Of a stretch of 64,000 nt of DNA, positions 20,501 to 29,894 are shown piece after piece; the first letter of the stretch is position 1, and each line of letters opens with the position of its first letter. The notes under the pieces are model-generated. The model made no database searches. It was not told where the DNA came from and saw only the letters and a list, made by a program, of their open reading frames with translations. This DNA is from Cyanobacteria bacterium auto_48_18 (lineage in GTDB: Bacteria; Cyanobacteriota; Vampirovibrionia; Obscuribacterales; Obscuribacteraceae): NCBI GenBank assembly GCA_036170915.1, contig JAVHQC010000016.1, positions 1 through 64,000 of the forward strand, in the 5' to 3' direction. A program made the position numbers and the translations under genes.

Positions 20501-20597
20501 GGTGATCACACATATTTCTGATGTGCGCGAAATGTTTCCGGTGCAAATTCAAGTCACCAAACACAATGGCGTTTCAAGCTTTAAATTGGTTTCGTAG
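17544..20597 (+). CDS. sbcC: SbcC/Rad50 SMC-family ATPase
   Basis: Walker A GLNGAGKS, Q-loop LKQG, zinc hook CPLC, signature YSGGE, Walker B LIIDEGFG, H-loop VITH, long coiled coil. Confidence 0.93.
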   Translation: MILNHVHLHNFMSYADARLDLNGVAVACLTGLNGAGKSAILDAVTWAIWEEARGSSDELVRLGEKEMWVEIVFAHESSLYRVRRSRQKQVGRAGGKGTSKGTLEFQIAEGDLAGDFKALKWNSLTAAGMKETGKHISELLRMDYDTFINSAYLKQGRAEEFTTRLPSERKQVLGEILGLSYFDRLQDEARERLRGVKAQIEYLEGTLSGARQVESEFAQVHTELCAAQIEYDDLVLVARDIEDQVIELSERMQKLKLIELTIVNNARRLEECHDSRKKIDDQKHSIAQKKKSLTDLIAGSSEIELQLNEFNQVRAEVEKLDSIFLEVQDLNDSKVDLTGQLATLRSRLEVKLEGLEVEYRDLQKNRERLLRDTEDGDKVKAQYSEFRLLLETETGLAQKQEAFSQLSSRVGELNSLMQEAKIRLEAELMQKENALRELSELTGSQAALRAEGEELDAVKENLERLEAEFELVEKKGIAIKSELETFDLKTEEIKKRQRENLAKIQELKEHEHSSICPLCSAPIVDRAAVIERYLQQNQEMESDIGQLAVQKERLNDERAELRVRYSEMRKQLEGRKDLDKRIGQFNERQNALLRANDSVEKLLLERAKLESRLTESNFAQVERESLVAVKAELHKLDFDPAVYASLQSQIRLKRHIESKHHQLSKDCDELARLNAKMPQLKAAIDEIVHELKGELYGPEVRASLQAVLAKLSTFSYDRNEHARLKQRLSELFVASEKSRDLSRAVAELPALDQTLSDLDLEYQKRSGEIESINAEQIDLNRQIDEIDLVEKTLTGLKPSLDEVRGFKEESGRKVAVLSARKDKLGAELAVLAQRLNEVALLRNEVDDYAYLVEVFGKKGIQAVIIENAIPEIENEANRILTRLSDNKMHVALITQTKTKSGTMAETLDLVIGDEVGTRSYELYSGGEAFKVNFALRIALSRLLARRAGAKLETLIIDEGFGSQDDASRERLVKAIRMVQAEFSRVLVITHISDVREMFPVQIQVTKHNGVSSFKLVS

Positions 20598-20610
20598 AAA
20601 AACAAATCAG

Positions 20611-21123
20611 CTATTCAGCTTCGCCCATCTGGCGCAACTCGTCAATCTTTTTTCGAATACTAATCAGGCGCTCATCGCTTTTGTCGAGCAGTCGCGTATC
20701 TACTTTTGGCTTAACAGGCTCGCTTAACAGCTTGCTTTGCTCATGAGCAATATCGAGAAATCTTGTTAAAACATCCTCGACTTGATACAGCAATACCGGT
20801 TTTTGCAAATACTCATCCATTCCCACTTCAAGGCAAGCCTGGCGCTGAGAGTAAGCTGAAAGACCAATTATAGGTACGCGCCTATCGGTGCCGTGCTCAA
20901 ATTCGCGTATTCTCTGAGTGGCAGAAATGCCGTCTAATTCGGGCATGCGCAAGTCCATAAAAATTATATCGAAACGCTTTTGCTTGGCCAGTTTCACTGC
21001 CATCAGACCGTCATCGGCAAATTCTGGTTTTCTGTAACCTAAGGCATGAATTTGGCTGGCAAAAACGTGTTGCAGAGTGGGCTCATCTTCCGCCAGCAGT
21101 ATGGTAATTTCTTGCTTTTTCAT
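20611..21123 (-). CDS. Single-domain response regulator (CheY-like) with a C-terminal tail
   Basis: ILLAEDE, DIIFMDLRMPELDG, GMDEYLQKP; ATGA overlap with the upstream kinase. Confidence 0.9.
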   Translation of the reverse strand: MKKQEITILLAEDEPTLQHVFASQIHALGYRKPEFADDGLMAVKLAKQKRFDIIFMDLRMPELDGISATQRIREFEHGTDRRVPIIGLSAYSQRQACLEVGMDEYLQKPVLLYQVEDVLTRFLDIAHEQSKLLSEPVKPKVDTRLLDKSDERLISIRKKIDELRQMGEAE

Positions 21124-22661
21124 TTTGGCACTGCCGCCATTTGATAGGGCAAATCAAACCATACAGTTGTGCCAACATGCTCTTTGCTGAAGATGCCTAT
21201 TTTCCCACCCATGAGACTAACAAATTGATGGGCAATCGATAAACCGAGACCGGTGCCACCATAAAGTCTGCCGGTAGAGCCCTCAGCCTGAACGAAAGGC
21301 TGAAAGAGGTTCTTTTGCATTTCGTCCGAGATGCCGATGCCGGTGTCTGTAACTGAAAAATGCAAATTGTCTTTTCTCAGCGAGACGGCCACTTCCACTC
21401 CACCTTCTTCTGTAAATTTGATGGCATTGTTGATCAGATTCAAAAGCACCTGGCGCACTTTACTGGGATCGCCGCAAACCTCTTTTGGTAATTCTCCTAT
21501 ATCAGCTCCAAATAAAAGGCCTTTTTCTGCGGCTTTAAGTGTGGTCAGACCGATTACTTCATCGATGGTTTCAAGGAGTGGATAGGTAATATTCTCGATG
21601 CTTACTTTCCCGGCTTCGAGCTTGGCAAAATCTAGCAGATCGTTAAGTATTATAATCAAGCGCTTGGCAGCGTCGAAAATTCTAGCCGCTCTTTCAAGAT
21701 TGTCATTGTCGAGCGCAGGGTCTCGAGCAATCAGCTCTGATAGGCTCAGTACTCCGCTCAAGGGTGTGCGTAATTCGTGACTGATAGTAGCAATTAGCTG
21801 TGATTTCATTTTAGTAGTGACCACAGCTTGATCATGAGCCTGCTCGAGAGCTAGCTGATCAAGTCTTCGCTCAGTAAGGTCACGGGTAACCTTGACAAAG
21901 CCGCGAGTGCCACCCTTAATTGGTGTAATTGTCACACTTGCCCAAAAACGAGAGCCGTCTTTTTTCACCCGCCAGCCTTCTTCTTCATACGACCCTTGTT
22001 TGAGGGCGAGGGCTAATTCGTTAGCCGGGTGATTGGCTTTGACCGCATCTTCGGTATAAAAAGTAGAAAAATGCTTGCCAATAATTTCTTCTGCTTGGTA
22101 ACCCTTAATTCTTTGTGCACCTTCATTCCAGGTCATGATTTGCCCCTCAGGGCTGAGAATGAGGATAGCGTAGTCTTTAATTGAACCCACGATTAAGTCA
22201 AAAGTTTCTTCGCTTCGTTCTAAAGCCGTGTTTGAGTGAGTGAGGGCTAGCTCAGTTTTCTTTTTTTCACTCAGATCGCGGGTAACTTTGGCAAAACCGA
22301 GGTGTTTACCAGTGTCATCCCGTAAACAGTTTATTACAACAGCGGCCCAGAAGAGTGACCCGTCTTTGCGCACTCGCCAGCCTTCTTCCTCATAACAGCC
22401 ACGGTCTAAAGCTTCTTTCAATTCAAACTCAGGGTGTTTATTTGCTACCGCTTCAGGCGGGTAAAATATAGAAAAGTGCTTGCCTATAATCTCATCTGGC
22501 GTGTACCCCTTAGCCCGTTGGGCACCAGGGTTCCATGTGATGATTTTGCCCTGCGGATCTAGGGCGAAAATGGCATAATCTCCAACACTCTGCACCAGGT
22601 GTTTAAAAAGTTCTGGATTATCATTTTCGGCCGTCATTTTCGCCCCCAGGTAATTATGCAA
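21120..22661 (-). CDS. Cytoplasmic PAS-PAS sensor histidine kinase
   Basis: Two similar PAS/PAC domains (DYAI...WNxGA...KDGSxFWA); SHELRTPL, NAIKFT, DTGIG and GGTGLGL. Confidence 0.93.
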   Translation of the reverse strand: MHNYLGAKMTAENDNPELFKHLVQSVGDYAIFALDPQGKIITWNPGAQRAKGYTPDEIIGKHFSIFYPPEAVANKHPEFELKEALDRGCYEEEGWRVRKDGSLFWAAVVINCLRDDTGKHLGFAKVTRDLSEKKKTELALTHSNTALERSEETFDLIVGSIKDYAILILSPEGQIMTWNEGAQRIKGYQAEEIIGKHFSTFYTEDAVKANHPANELALALKQGSYEEEGWRVKKDGSRFWASVTITPIKGGTRGFVKVTRDLTERRLDQLALEQAHDQAVVTTKMKSQLIATISHELRTPLSGVLSLSELIARDPALDNDNLERAARIFDAAKRLIIILNDLLDFAKLEAGKVSIENITYPLLETIDEVIGLTTLKAAEKGLLFGADIGELPKEVCGDPSKVRQVLLNLINNAIKFTEEGGVEVAVSLRKDNLHFSVTDTGIGISDEMQKNLFQPFVQAEGSTGRLYGGTGLGLSIAHQFVSLMGGKIGIFSKEHVGTTVWFDLPYQMAAVPK

Positions 22662-22703
22662 TACGTCTGTGGCCTGAGGGAGTTTGGGCTTTTAATATTT
22701 ACA

Positions 22704-23690
22704 CTAGTTGCTTATGCGCATGAAGACAGGGAAGTGGTCTGAGCCAACAGGTGGTAGTCTTTTGTGTTCATGCACTGCCACTCCTTTAGATACCAGCATG
22801 TGGTCGATTGGTATGCGCAGAAACCACCATAAGTCGTTGTTCCATGATAACTCAGGCACAAAGCCTCTGCCCGAATTACGCATACCGCTGTCTTTTTCCA
22901 ATTCAATAAAATATTGGCTCCACGGTACGCAGTTAAAGTCGCCGCATAGTATTGCAGGAGATGGAAATTTGCTTGCCATTTTGGCTAGGGTCCTCATTTC
23001 TAGCGTGCGGTTATTAAACCGTTCAAGCATCATTGGAGTACTTGTATGAACAGTGGCTATTGTCCAGCTCTTCGCTGGTGTAACAACGCGAGCCAGCAGC
23101 ATGGGAAAGCTGTCTTGATGAAATGCAAGCAGCTGCTGATTAGCAATTGGATAACGGCTGAGTATGCCTGTGCCGTCATAACCGGCAGTGGGGTAGAGGG
23201 CCTGGTAAGGGTATTGTGCTTTAAGTTTCTCTAGAGTCGGCTTCCACTCTAAAGTGAGTTCTTGCAAGCAGATGATATCGGGTTTGGTGCTATTGACCAC
23301 AGCTGTAAAATGGTCAAAATAGCGATTGCCAATGTACAGGTTGCTATTCATCACCGATAGGGTCGAGCGTGAAGCTGGCTGGTTAAATTCGTCAACTAAT
23401 GGCCACTTGCCATAAGCTTGAGCGATGACAAAAATATGGCTCAAAGTGGCGGCGATTACTGCGGCAAATAATCGCGGATGCTCTTTGAAGCTTTTGAGTG
23501 TGATCAAGAGTAGAGAGGCTGTCAGCGCGCCGTACAAAAATTGCAAGCGCATTTGACCAGCCAGATCGCGCATGTGATCGTTGGGAATAATTATGGTCAA
23601 CAATGCAGGAATGACACTGAAGATTGTGCAAGCCAGCACCATCAAATTTTTTGCAGCAAGTTTGTATTTTTCAATTTCTTTAGATGCCAT
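22704..23690 (-). CDS. Endonuclease/exonuclease/phosphatase (EEP) family protein with N-terminal TM helices
   Basis: DIICLQE, GILSRYP, GDFN, IDH and GSDHFP motifs. Confidence 0.9.
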   Translation of the reverse strand: MASKEIEKYKLAAKNLMVLACTIFSVIPALLTIIIPNDHMRDLAGQMRLQFLYGALTASLLLITLKSFKEHPRLFAAVIAATLSHIFVIAQAYGKWPLVDEFNQPASRSTLSVMNSNLYIGNRYFDHFTAVVNSTKPDIICLQELTLEWKPTLEKLKAQYPYQALYPTAGYDGTGILSRYPIANQQLLAFHQDSFPMLLARVVTPAKSWTIATVHTSTPMMLERFNNRTLEMRTLAKMASKFPSPAILCGDFNCVPWSQYFIELEKDSGMRNSGRGFVPELSWNNDLWWFLRIPIDHMLVSKGVAVHEHKRLPPVGSDHFPVFMRISN

Positions 23691-23692
23691 TT

Positions 23693-25033
23693 TTACTGAA
23701 TACCATAACCTGGTATCGCGCGCAGTTGAAAATATGCGTAGAGGCTAGTGGAGGCGGTAAAGACAATCACGGCCAGGGCCGCTTTCCTATTCAGATTGTC
23801 TGGCAACAGCCATAAGCCACCTAGCAAAAGTGCCATTATAGCTATTTCGTTGGGGAATAAATAACGACCCTGTGCCAATCCGTAATTGGCCATAGAGGCG
23901 TAAACCATGGCGCCCAGATTGATGAGGAAACTGACTGCAAGCATTGTCCAGACTGCCGGAATGATGAGCTTTGCGCGTTGTTCAGTATCTTTGGCAGAAG
24001 CAATGCACTGTGCAAATTTTCCTGACTGCAGTGTTTGTGCACATTTAAAAAGAGCCGACAAAATGCTTATAGACATAATTGCTTGATAGGCGAGGTAAAT
24101 AGGACGGGCCATTTCTACAGTTAAATAGCCGAAGTAACCCCAATAAGAGTAAATAATGGTGCGCCACCACCTGTGGTTCTCTAGAAAACTCCAGGCACTC
24201 TGGTGAAAATTTAGCTCTCGTTTGTAGGTTAACGCCCAGGTGCGATACATGGTTTTAGTGCCTAGATAATCGCCATCGAATATGGCAGCGTTGCGCAAAA
24301 ACCACCAGGCGCTTAAACCGCCAACGGTGGCCGTTACAATCAATCCGTTGACTACAAGACTGAGCATTCTAGTGCTGTGCAGCCACGACGCCAATATCAT
24401 TGTCAGGGCCGTAGTCGGAAACATTGAGTAGCCCGAATATTTGCTTAGAGCCAGCCAGGCCAGACTTATTCCGGTTAACAGGCTTAGAGTGCGCGAAAGC
24501 CCCTGGCGCAGCATTTTTACCAGTAGTATCAAAATAATGGAAGCGATGGCAGCTGTTGTGGAATCGCAATTTGCATACGAATGGACAAAAATTAGTTGCG
24601 GATGAAAAATCAGAAGCAACGGCAGGGCCATGGCAAAGAGCCGTGATGACTTGAAAAGTGTGCGACCGATATAGTCAGCGCATGGAATCATCAAACTTCC
24701 GGCCAGTACACTGCCGCAACGAATGAAAATAAGGTCGTTGCCGACACCGGCAAACTTAGCCAGCAAGGCGGTAAGAACATGAAAGAGATAGCCAAAAGGC
24801 GGATATGATCCATAGACCGCCACGGCACCACCGGCTGATACTTCGGCAGCTTCCGGCAAGCGTAAATGTTCCGCCAAAAAGCGAATCATCCACAGATGTG
24901 CATCTTCATCTGGGGCTTGATTGATAGGTACGAGAAAAAGCCAGGGAACTCTTACAAGAAAATAGGCTATAAGCAGTACCAATATTCGAGTACGAGCTTC
25001 CACCATCACTTTCCCGTCGTTTTCAGTCAGCAT
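23693..25033 (-). CDS. GT-C fold membrane glycosyltransferase-like protein (DUF2142/ArnT-like)
   Basis: APDEDAH after TM1, YPPxGY, ANCD, LSKYS and QGRYLFP motifs; multiple TMs. Confidence 0.75.
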   Translation of the reverse strand: MLTENDGKVMVEARTRILVLLIAYFLVRVPWLFLVPINQAPDEDAHLWMIRFLAEHLRLPEAAEVSAGGAVAVYGSYPPFGYLFHVLTALLAKFAGVGNDLIFIRCGSVLAGSLMIPCADYIGRTLFKSSRLFAMALPLLLIFHPQLIFVHSYANCDSTTAAIASIILILLVKMLRQGLSRTLSLLTGISLAWLALSKYSGYSMFPTTALTMILASWLHSTRMLSLVVNGLIVTATVGGLSAWWFLRNAAIFDGDYLGTKTMYRTWALTYKRELNFHQSAWSFLENHRWWRTIIYSYWGYFGYLTVEMARPIYLAYQAIMSISILSALFKCAQTLQSGKFAQCIASAKDTEQRAKLIIPAVWTMLAVSFLINLGAMVYASMANYGLAQGRYLFPNEIAIMALLLGGLWLLPDNLNRKAALAVIVFTASTSLYAYFQLRAIPGYGIQ

Positions 25034-25147
25034 TTTTAGTTTCTGGGCGTTAACTCTAGGTCAAACGTCCCGATAATCTATTAGATTAGCCTTTGAATTA
25101 GCTATCATCTAGATAATAAGCTTAACGTCTGCTGATCAACTAACAAA

Positions 25148-28100
25148 TTGTTTATGAATGACCGCAATGCCGCTGCCAATTTTGAAACTCTGCTCAATTC
25201 AGTAGAGGCGATCATTTGGGAAGCAGATTTTAAAACTGCAAGAATCTTTTTCGTCTCCAATCATGTGGTCACATTGCTTGGTTATCCGCTTGAAAAGTGG
25301 TATGACGATCCGACTTTCTTCACTCAGGTATGTCATCCAGATGACCTGATGAAAGTGCAGAAGGCAAAAGATGCAGTCACTCGCGAGAAAAATCACTATG
25401 AAGTGATTTATCGCATGAAGCGTGCAGACGGACACTTTATATGGCTCTCAGACCGTGTTACCGTTGAGTTCGATGGTCTTGAGCCGCGCAGTATGCGAGC
25501 CATTAGCTATGACGTTAGTGAACGAAGGCGTATTGAAGAAGCTCTGGCACTTGTGGTTGAGGTCATTGCCGAAGCCAGCGAACTGGGAAATGTAGAAGAC
25601 ATTAGTTTGCATTGTATTACCAGAATTTGTCAGCTGGCTAATTGGCAAATTGGACAAGCTTGGTTTCCAATTCAAGGCGGCAGCGCACTTAGATGTTCTA
25701 ATGTTGTTTTTTATTCCACACTGCCGGCTAGTGCTTTTCGCCAGGAAAGCCTGGCGCAAAATTTCAAAATCGGTGAGGGTCTACCTGGCAAAACTGCCAC
25801 TGAAGTATCACCGGTATTCATAGACAATATTGCCATTGAGCCTAGAGTTTCGCTCCATCAAACAAAAACAATTCAAACCGGTTTTGCTTTTCCTGTGCGT
25901 CACGGTCAGAAGTTACTGGCTGTGTTTGAATTTTTTGGTGCCAGACGCACTGCCCCAGACAAATATTTTTTGAATGCCGTTGAAGAAATCGGCACTCACC
26001 TGGCGGTGGTTTTTGAACGCCGCAAAGCGCAAGATTTGCTGATGCTGCAACGCGCTCATGAACAAATTATTCTTGATTCTATGCCCGCTTTCGTCTGGTA
26101 CAAAGACAGGCATAATCGCATTATGCGTGTTAATAAGGCCGCTGCTGAAGCGGCTAATATGTCGCCCGCCGAAATGCAGGGCAAACTTTGCCAGGATATT
26201 TATCCGGAAGAAGCGGAGCAATATTTTATTGATGACCTGGAGGTAATTAATTCGGGTCAATCAAAGCTGGGTATCGTAGAACTTTTGCAGCATGCAGATG
26301 GCACTAAGAGCTGGTGCTCTACTGACAAAATTCCTTATCGAGATGAAAACGGTGATATCAACGGCGTAATTGTTTTTGCGTCAGACATCACTAAATTGAA
26401 GAATGTGGAAGATGAGCTTAAAGCCACTCATGCGGACCTTGAAACCAAAGTTACAGAGCGCACAAAAGAGCTTAACGAAGCTAATATTTTCTTCAATCTT
26501 TCAAGAGATCTTTTTTGTATTGCTGCTGATGGTTATTTCAAGAGGCTTAATTCGGCCTGGGAAGACAAGCTTGGATATACACTGGAAGAATTGACTGCTG
26601 TACCGTATAGGAATTTTGTTCATCCAGATGACGTAGAAGCCACTGAAGTCAAAAATCAGGAACTGTACGAAGGAAACGACGTTTTTCAGTTTGAAAACCG
26701 CTATGTGCGTAAAGACGGACAACACTGCTGGCTTCTCTGGAGTGCTACCGCGGCAAAAGACGGCATGATTTATGGTGTCGCCTACGATATCACTGATCGT
26801 AAAGCGGCTGAAGCAGAACTGCTCGATATTAACATTGCGATGAAAAACGCAGTTGAAGGCATTGCCAAAGTTAATACCAATAATTGCTATCTTTCTGTCA
26901 ATCAATCTTATTCAGCCTTGCACGGTACTAGTACCGAGGCGCTGATCGGCACTTCGGCTTTGAATAACGTTTATCCTGAAGACATGCCTTTATGGAAGCT
27001 CTGTTATGAGCGAATGTTGACTGACGGCAAGTCTGAAACCGAGTTGCTCGGTATCCGTAATGATGGTTCACTTTTTCACCAGCAAGTGACCATGGTACGA
27101 GTCAACGATACGCTAGAGAAATTTACCGCTTACTATATTTTCAACAAAGACATCACCCCTCGCAAGCAAGTGGAAGCCTCTCTGCAAAACAGTGAAGCTC
27201 GATTTAACCAACTGGCGTCGCACGTACCGGGTGGCATTTATCAATACGTGCAAAGGCGTGACGGCACTTTTACTTTTCCTTATGTGAGTGAAAGCTGCCG
27301 CAGCGTGCTCGAACTAGACCCCGAAGCGATGATGGCTGATCCTCATTTAGTCTTCAGACAATTACATCCTGATGATCTGGCCGGCATCTGGCAAGCCATT
27401 CAGGATGCCTATGCTGGCCCCACCAACTTTGAATGGGAAGGTCGTCTAATTAAACAAGATAGTGGTATCAAGTGGATCCGAGTTACTTCATCTCCCGAGG
27501 TCTTAGAAAATGGAGATGTGCTGTTTAATGGACTGATTACAGATATAAACGATAAAAGAATGGCCGATGAAGAAATCAGCAAGCTCAATTTTAATTTACG
27601 TGAGAGGGTTGAACGGCTGGCTGCGGTCAATCAAGAACTGGAGAGCCTTACCCGCAAGTTAGAACTGGCTTATGATGCTGCTCTTGAAGCCTCGAAGCTA
27701 AAATCTGAATTCGTTGCTAACATCTCGCATGAAATACGAACACCGATTTCGGCAGTAATTGGTATGTCTGAACTGTTGCTTGATACTCATTTGAATGATG
27801 AACAAAAGCAATTTACGGGTATGGTCAAAGAATCGGCCCAGTCTCTTCTAACAATCATCAATGATATTCTCGATTTCTCTAAGGTTGAAGCCGGTCGCGT
27901 TGAGCTCGATATTGTTGAATTCAATATTCTTTCGCTTGTGGAAAATTGTGCAGAGTTGCTTTCTCCGGCGGCAAGAAAAAAAGGTCTGGTGCTCTTAACC
28001 TGGATCGACCCACGCTTACCAGCATCATTGCGCGGTGACCCAGTGCGTATTCGCCAGATTTTGTTAAATCTGGCCAGCAATGCCGTCAAATTTACTCGCA

Positions 28101-29881
28101 AAGGTGAGGTGGTGTTGAGAGCCGACCTCGAGTCTACAGATTGCGACCAGGTGTTGGTTAAGTTCTCGGTCAATGATAGTGGTATTGGTCTTTCTCAAGA
28201 TTCACGTAAGCTTTTATTTAGACCATTTGTGCAGGCGGACGGTTCGACGACAAGAAAATATGGTGGCACTGGTCTTGGTCTTTCGATCAGTAAATTGCTT
28301 GTAGAACTGATGTCTGGTCAGATTGACTTTGTCAGCGAAGAGGGCGTGGGATCTTCTTTCTGGTTTTCACTACCTTTCGATTTGGCCGGTGACAAAACAA
28401 CTTTAAGTGAGGTTATCGCGCCGCGTTCGCAAGTGTTTTTGACCAAACAAATGCAAGATAGAGACCCGTTTTTGCCAGGCCCAGTTTTGTTGGTCACTCG
28501 CTCGAAATTTGTGGAAGAGCTCTTGCACAGCTATCTGGCTGTTTATTCAATGAAGTTGAATGTGGTCAATTCTCTAGAGAGCATTTTGCCGTCCTTGCAT
28601 CAAGCTGAAGCTGCCGACCCGATTCGATTGATTATTTATGATATGGAGATCGGCCTGGAGGCTGACCATAGTTCTGCAATAGAGGCTGAGCCCGGTATAC
28701 AAGGTGGGCATGGTTTTGGGTATGGTATTACTTCTGGTAGCTTTTCACTCACTCCTACCGAAACTGAACTAGAATCCTTCCACAGTCTATGCATCGGTTT
28801 AACTACTGCTTTGGAGCAAGGGCTGCCTGGGCTTATAGTGCTTGGCGCCAGTGAGTTACCGGAGAATCAGCTTTCTGGCAAGTCATATGTAGGTAAATTG
28901 CAAAAGCCTTTTCGTTTATTTGATTTGCTCACAGAAGTTGAGCGCGCCTACTGTGGTAGTGCCAGTATTTTGCCTGCTGGTAGTTCACCGCCCCGCGCTA
29001 TGGAGAGCGCCACGCGCCCGCGTTTGTTTAACGACAATCTCGCTTCGGGCAAACGCATATTGGTTGCTGAAGACAATAGTGTGATGCAAGAACTTGCTGT
29101 GCGGCAATTGGAGCGACTTGGCATGGTGGCGGATGTGGTGTCAAACGGTAAGCAGGCCGTCAATGCTGTTCGCTCGGGGCTCTATTCTTTAATTTTGATG
29201 GATTGTCAGATGCCTGAAATGGACGGTTATGAAGCGACGCTTTCGATTCGAAAAGAAGAAGCGGCTCGCGGTGGACACATACCAATTGTGGCCATGACCG
29301 CTTCAGCTATGAAAGGTGATCGTGAAAATTGCATCGCTTCAGGTATGGACGACTATGTCAGTAAACCGGTGGGTCAAGAACAGCTTTTGCAATTGCTTGA
29401 GAAGTGGCTATTGACTGTGCCCGGAGCCGTTGCCGGAGACTCTCCCTTGCTTATATCTGGTGCAAGTGCGCTCAAGGCCAAAGATTTTGACGAAGCAATC
29501 TTGCAAGCAGAGGCATTGCGCAAAGCATTACCTGAAGCACTACCCATAAATTGTGAAGCTCTGGCGAAATTGTACGGGGCCTCAGACCTGCGCCGCCTGG
29601 TTGAGAGTTTTATCAGTGAGTGCCGGGAACTGATGAGTGACCTCGAGCTTTCTCTTGCAAGTAAGAACGAATCGGAGACAATTCGTCTGGCTCACCAGAT
29701 GAAAGGTCTCGCGGTTGTCATGACTGCCGATGGGCTTTCTAAAGCAGCTCTTACTTTAGAAATAAGTGCCAAACGTGGCGAGAGCGATAACCTGCCGGGC
29801 CACGTTGAGGCGCTGGCAGCTGAATTAACTTCTGTGCTTGCCTACATAGAAAGCCGCAAAGACAGTTCAATTTTTTCCTGA
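25148..29881 (+). CDS. Hybrid sensor kinase: PAS-GAF-multiple PAS-HisKA-HATPase-degenerate REC-REC-Hpt
   Basis: Repeated HPDD PAS motifs, [33 protein letters not shown] and Hpt AHQMKG. Confidence 0.93.
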   Translation: MFMNDRNAAANFETLLNSVEAIIWEADFKTARIFFVSNHVVTLLGYPLEKWYDDPTFFTQVCHPDDLMKVQKAKDAVTREKNHYEVIYRMKRADGHFIWLSDRVTVEFDGLEPRSMRAISYDVSERRRIEEALALVVEVIAEASELGNVEDISLHCITRICQLANWQIGQAWFPIQGGSALRCSNVVFYSTLPASAFRQESLAQNFKIGEGLPGKTATEVSPVFIDNIAIEPRVSLHQTKTIQTGFAFPVRHGQKLLAVFEFFGARRTAPDKYFLNAVEEIGTHLAVVFERRKAQDLLMLQRAHEQIILDSMPAFVWYKDRHNRIMRVNKAAAEAANMSPAEMQGKLCQDIYPEEAEQYFIDDLEVINSGQSKLGIVELLQHADGTKSWCSTDKIPYRDENGDINGVIVFASDITKLKNVEDELKATHADLETKVTERTKELNEANIFFNLSRDLFCIAADGYFKRLNSAWEDKLGYTLEELTAVPYRNFVHPDDVEATEVKNQELYEGNDVFQFENRYVRKDGQHCWLLWSATAAKDGMIYGVAYDITDRKAAEAELLDINIAMKNAVEGIAKVNTNNCYLSVNQSYSALHGTSTEALIGTSALNNVYPEDMPLWKLCYERMLTDGKSETELLGIRNDGSLFHQQVTMVRVNDTLEKFTAYYIFNKDITPRKQVEASLQNSEARFNQLASHVPGGIYQYVQRRDGTFTFPYVSESCRSVLELDPEAMMADPHLVFRQLHPDDLAGIWQAIQDAYAGPTNFEWEGRLIKQDSGIKWIRVTSSPEVLENGDVLFNGLITDINDKRMADEEISKLNFNLRERVERLAAVNQELESLTRKLELAYDAALEASKLKSEFVANISHEIRTPISAVIGMSELLLDTHLNDEQKQFTGMVKESAQSLLTIINDILDFSKVEAGRVELDIVEFNILSLVENCAELLSPAARKKGLVLLTWIDPRLPASLRGDPVRIRQILLNLASNAVKFTRKGEVVLRADLESTDCDQVLVKFSVNDSGIGLSQDSRKLLFRPFVQADGSTTRKYGGTGLGLSISKLLVELMSGQIDFVSEEGVGSSFWFSLPFDLAGDKTTLSEVIAPRSQVFLTKQMQDRDPFLPGPVLLVTRSKFVEELLHSYLAVYSMKLNVVNSLESILPSLHQAEAADPIRLIIYDMEIGLEADHSSAIEAEPGIQGGHGFGYGITSGSFSLTPTETELESFHSLCIGLTTALEQGLPGLIVLGASELPENQLSGKSYVGKLQKPFRLFDLLTEVERAYCGSASILPAGSSPPRAMESATRPRLFNDNLASGKRILVAEDNSVMQELAVRQLERLGMVADVVSNGKQAVNAVRSGLYSLILMDCQMPEMDGYEATLSIRKEEAARGGHIPIVAMTASAMKGDRENCIASGMDDYVSKPVGQEQLLQLLEKWLLTVPGAVAGDSPLLISGASALKAKDFDEAILQAEALRKALPEALPINCEALAKLYGASDLRRLVESFISECRELMSDLELSLASKNESETIRLAHQMKGLAVVMTADGLSKAALTLEISAKRGESDNLPGHVEALAAELTSVLAYIESRKDSSIFS

Positions 29882-29894
29882 TTGCCGCGGTCAT

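Noticed and set aside
17544..20597. sbcC without an adjacent sbcD as a possible novel SMC defence system
   Set aside because: Canonical Rad50 motifs, no accessory nuclease or kleisin genes nearby, and unlinked sbcC/sbcD is not unusual.
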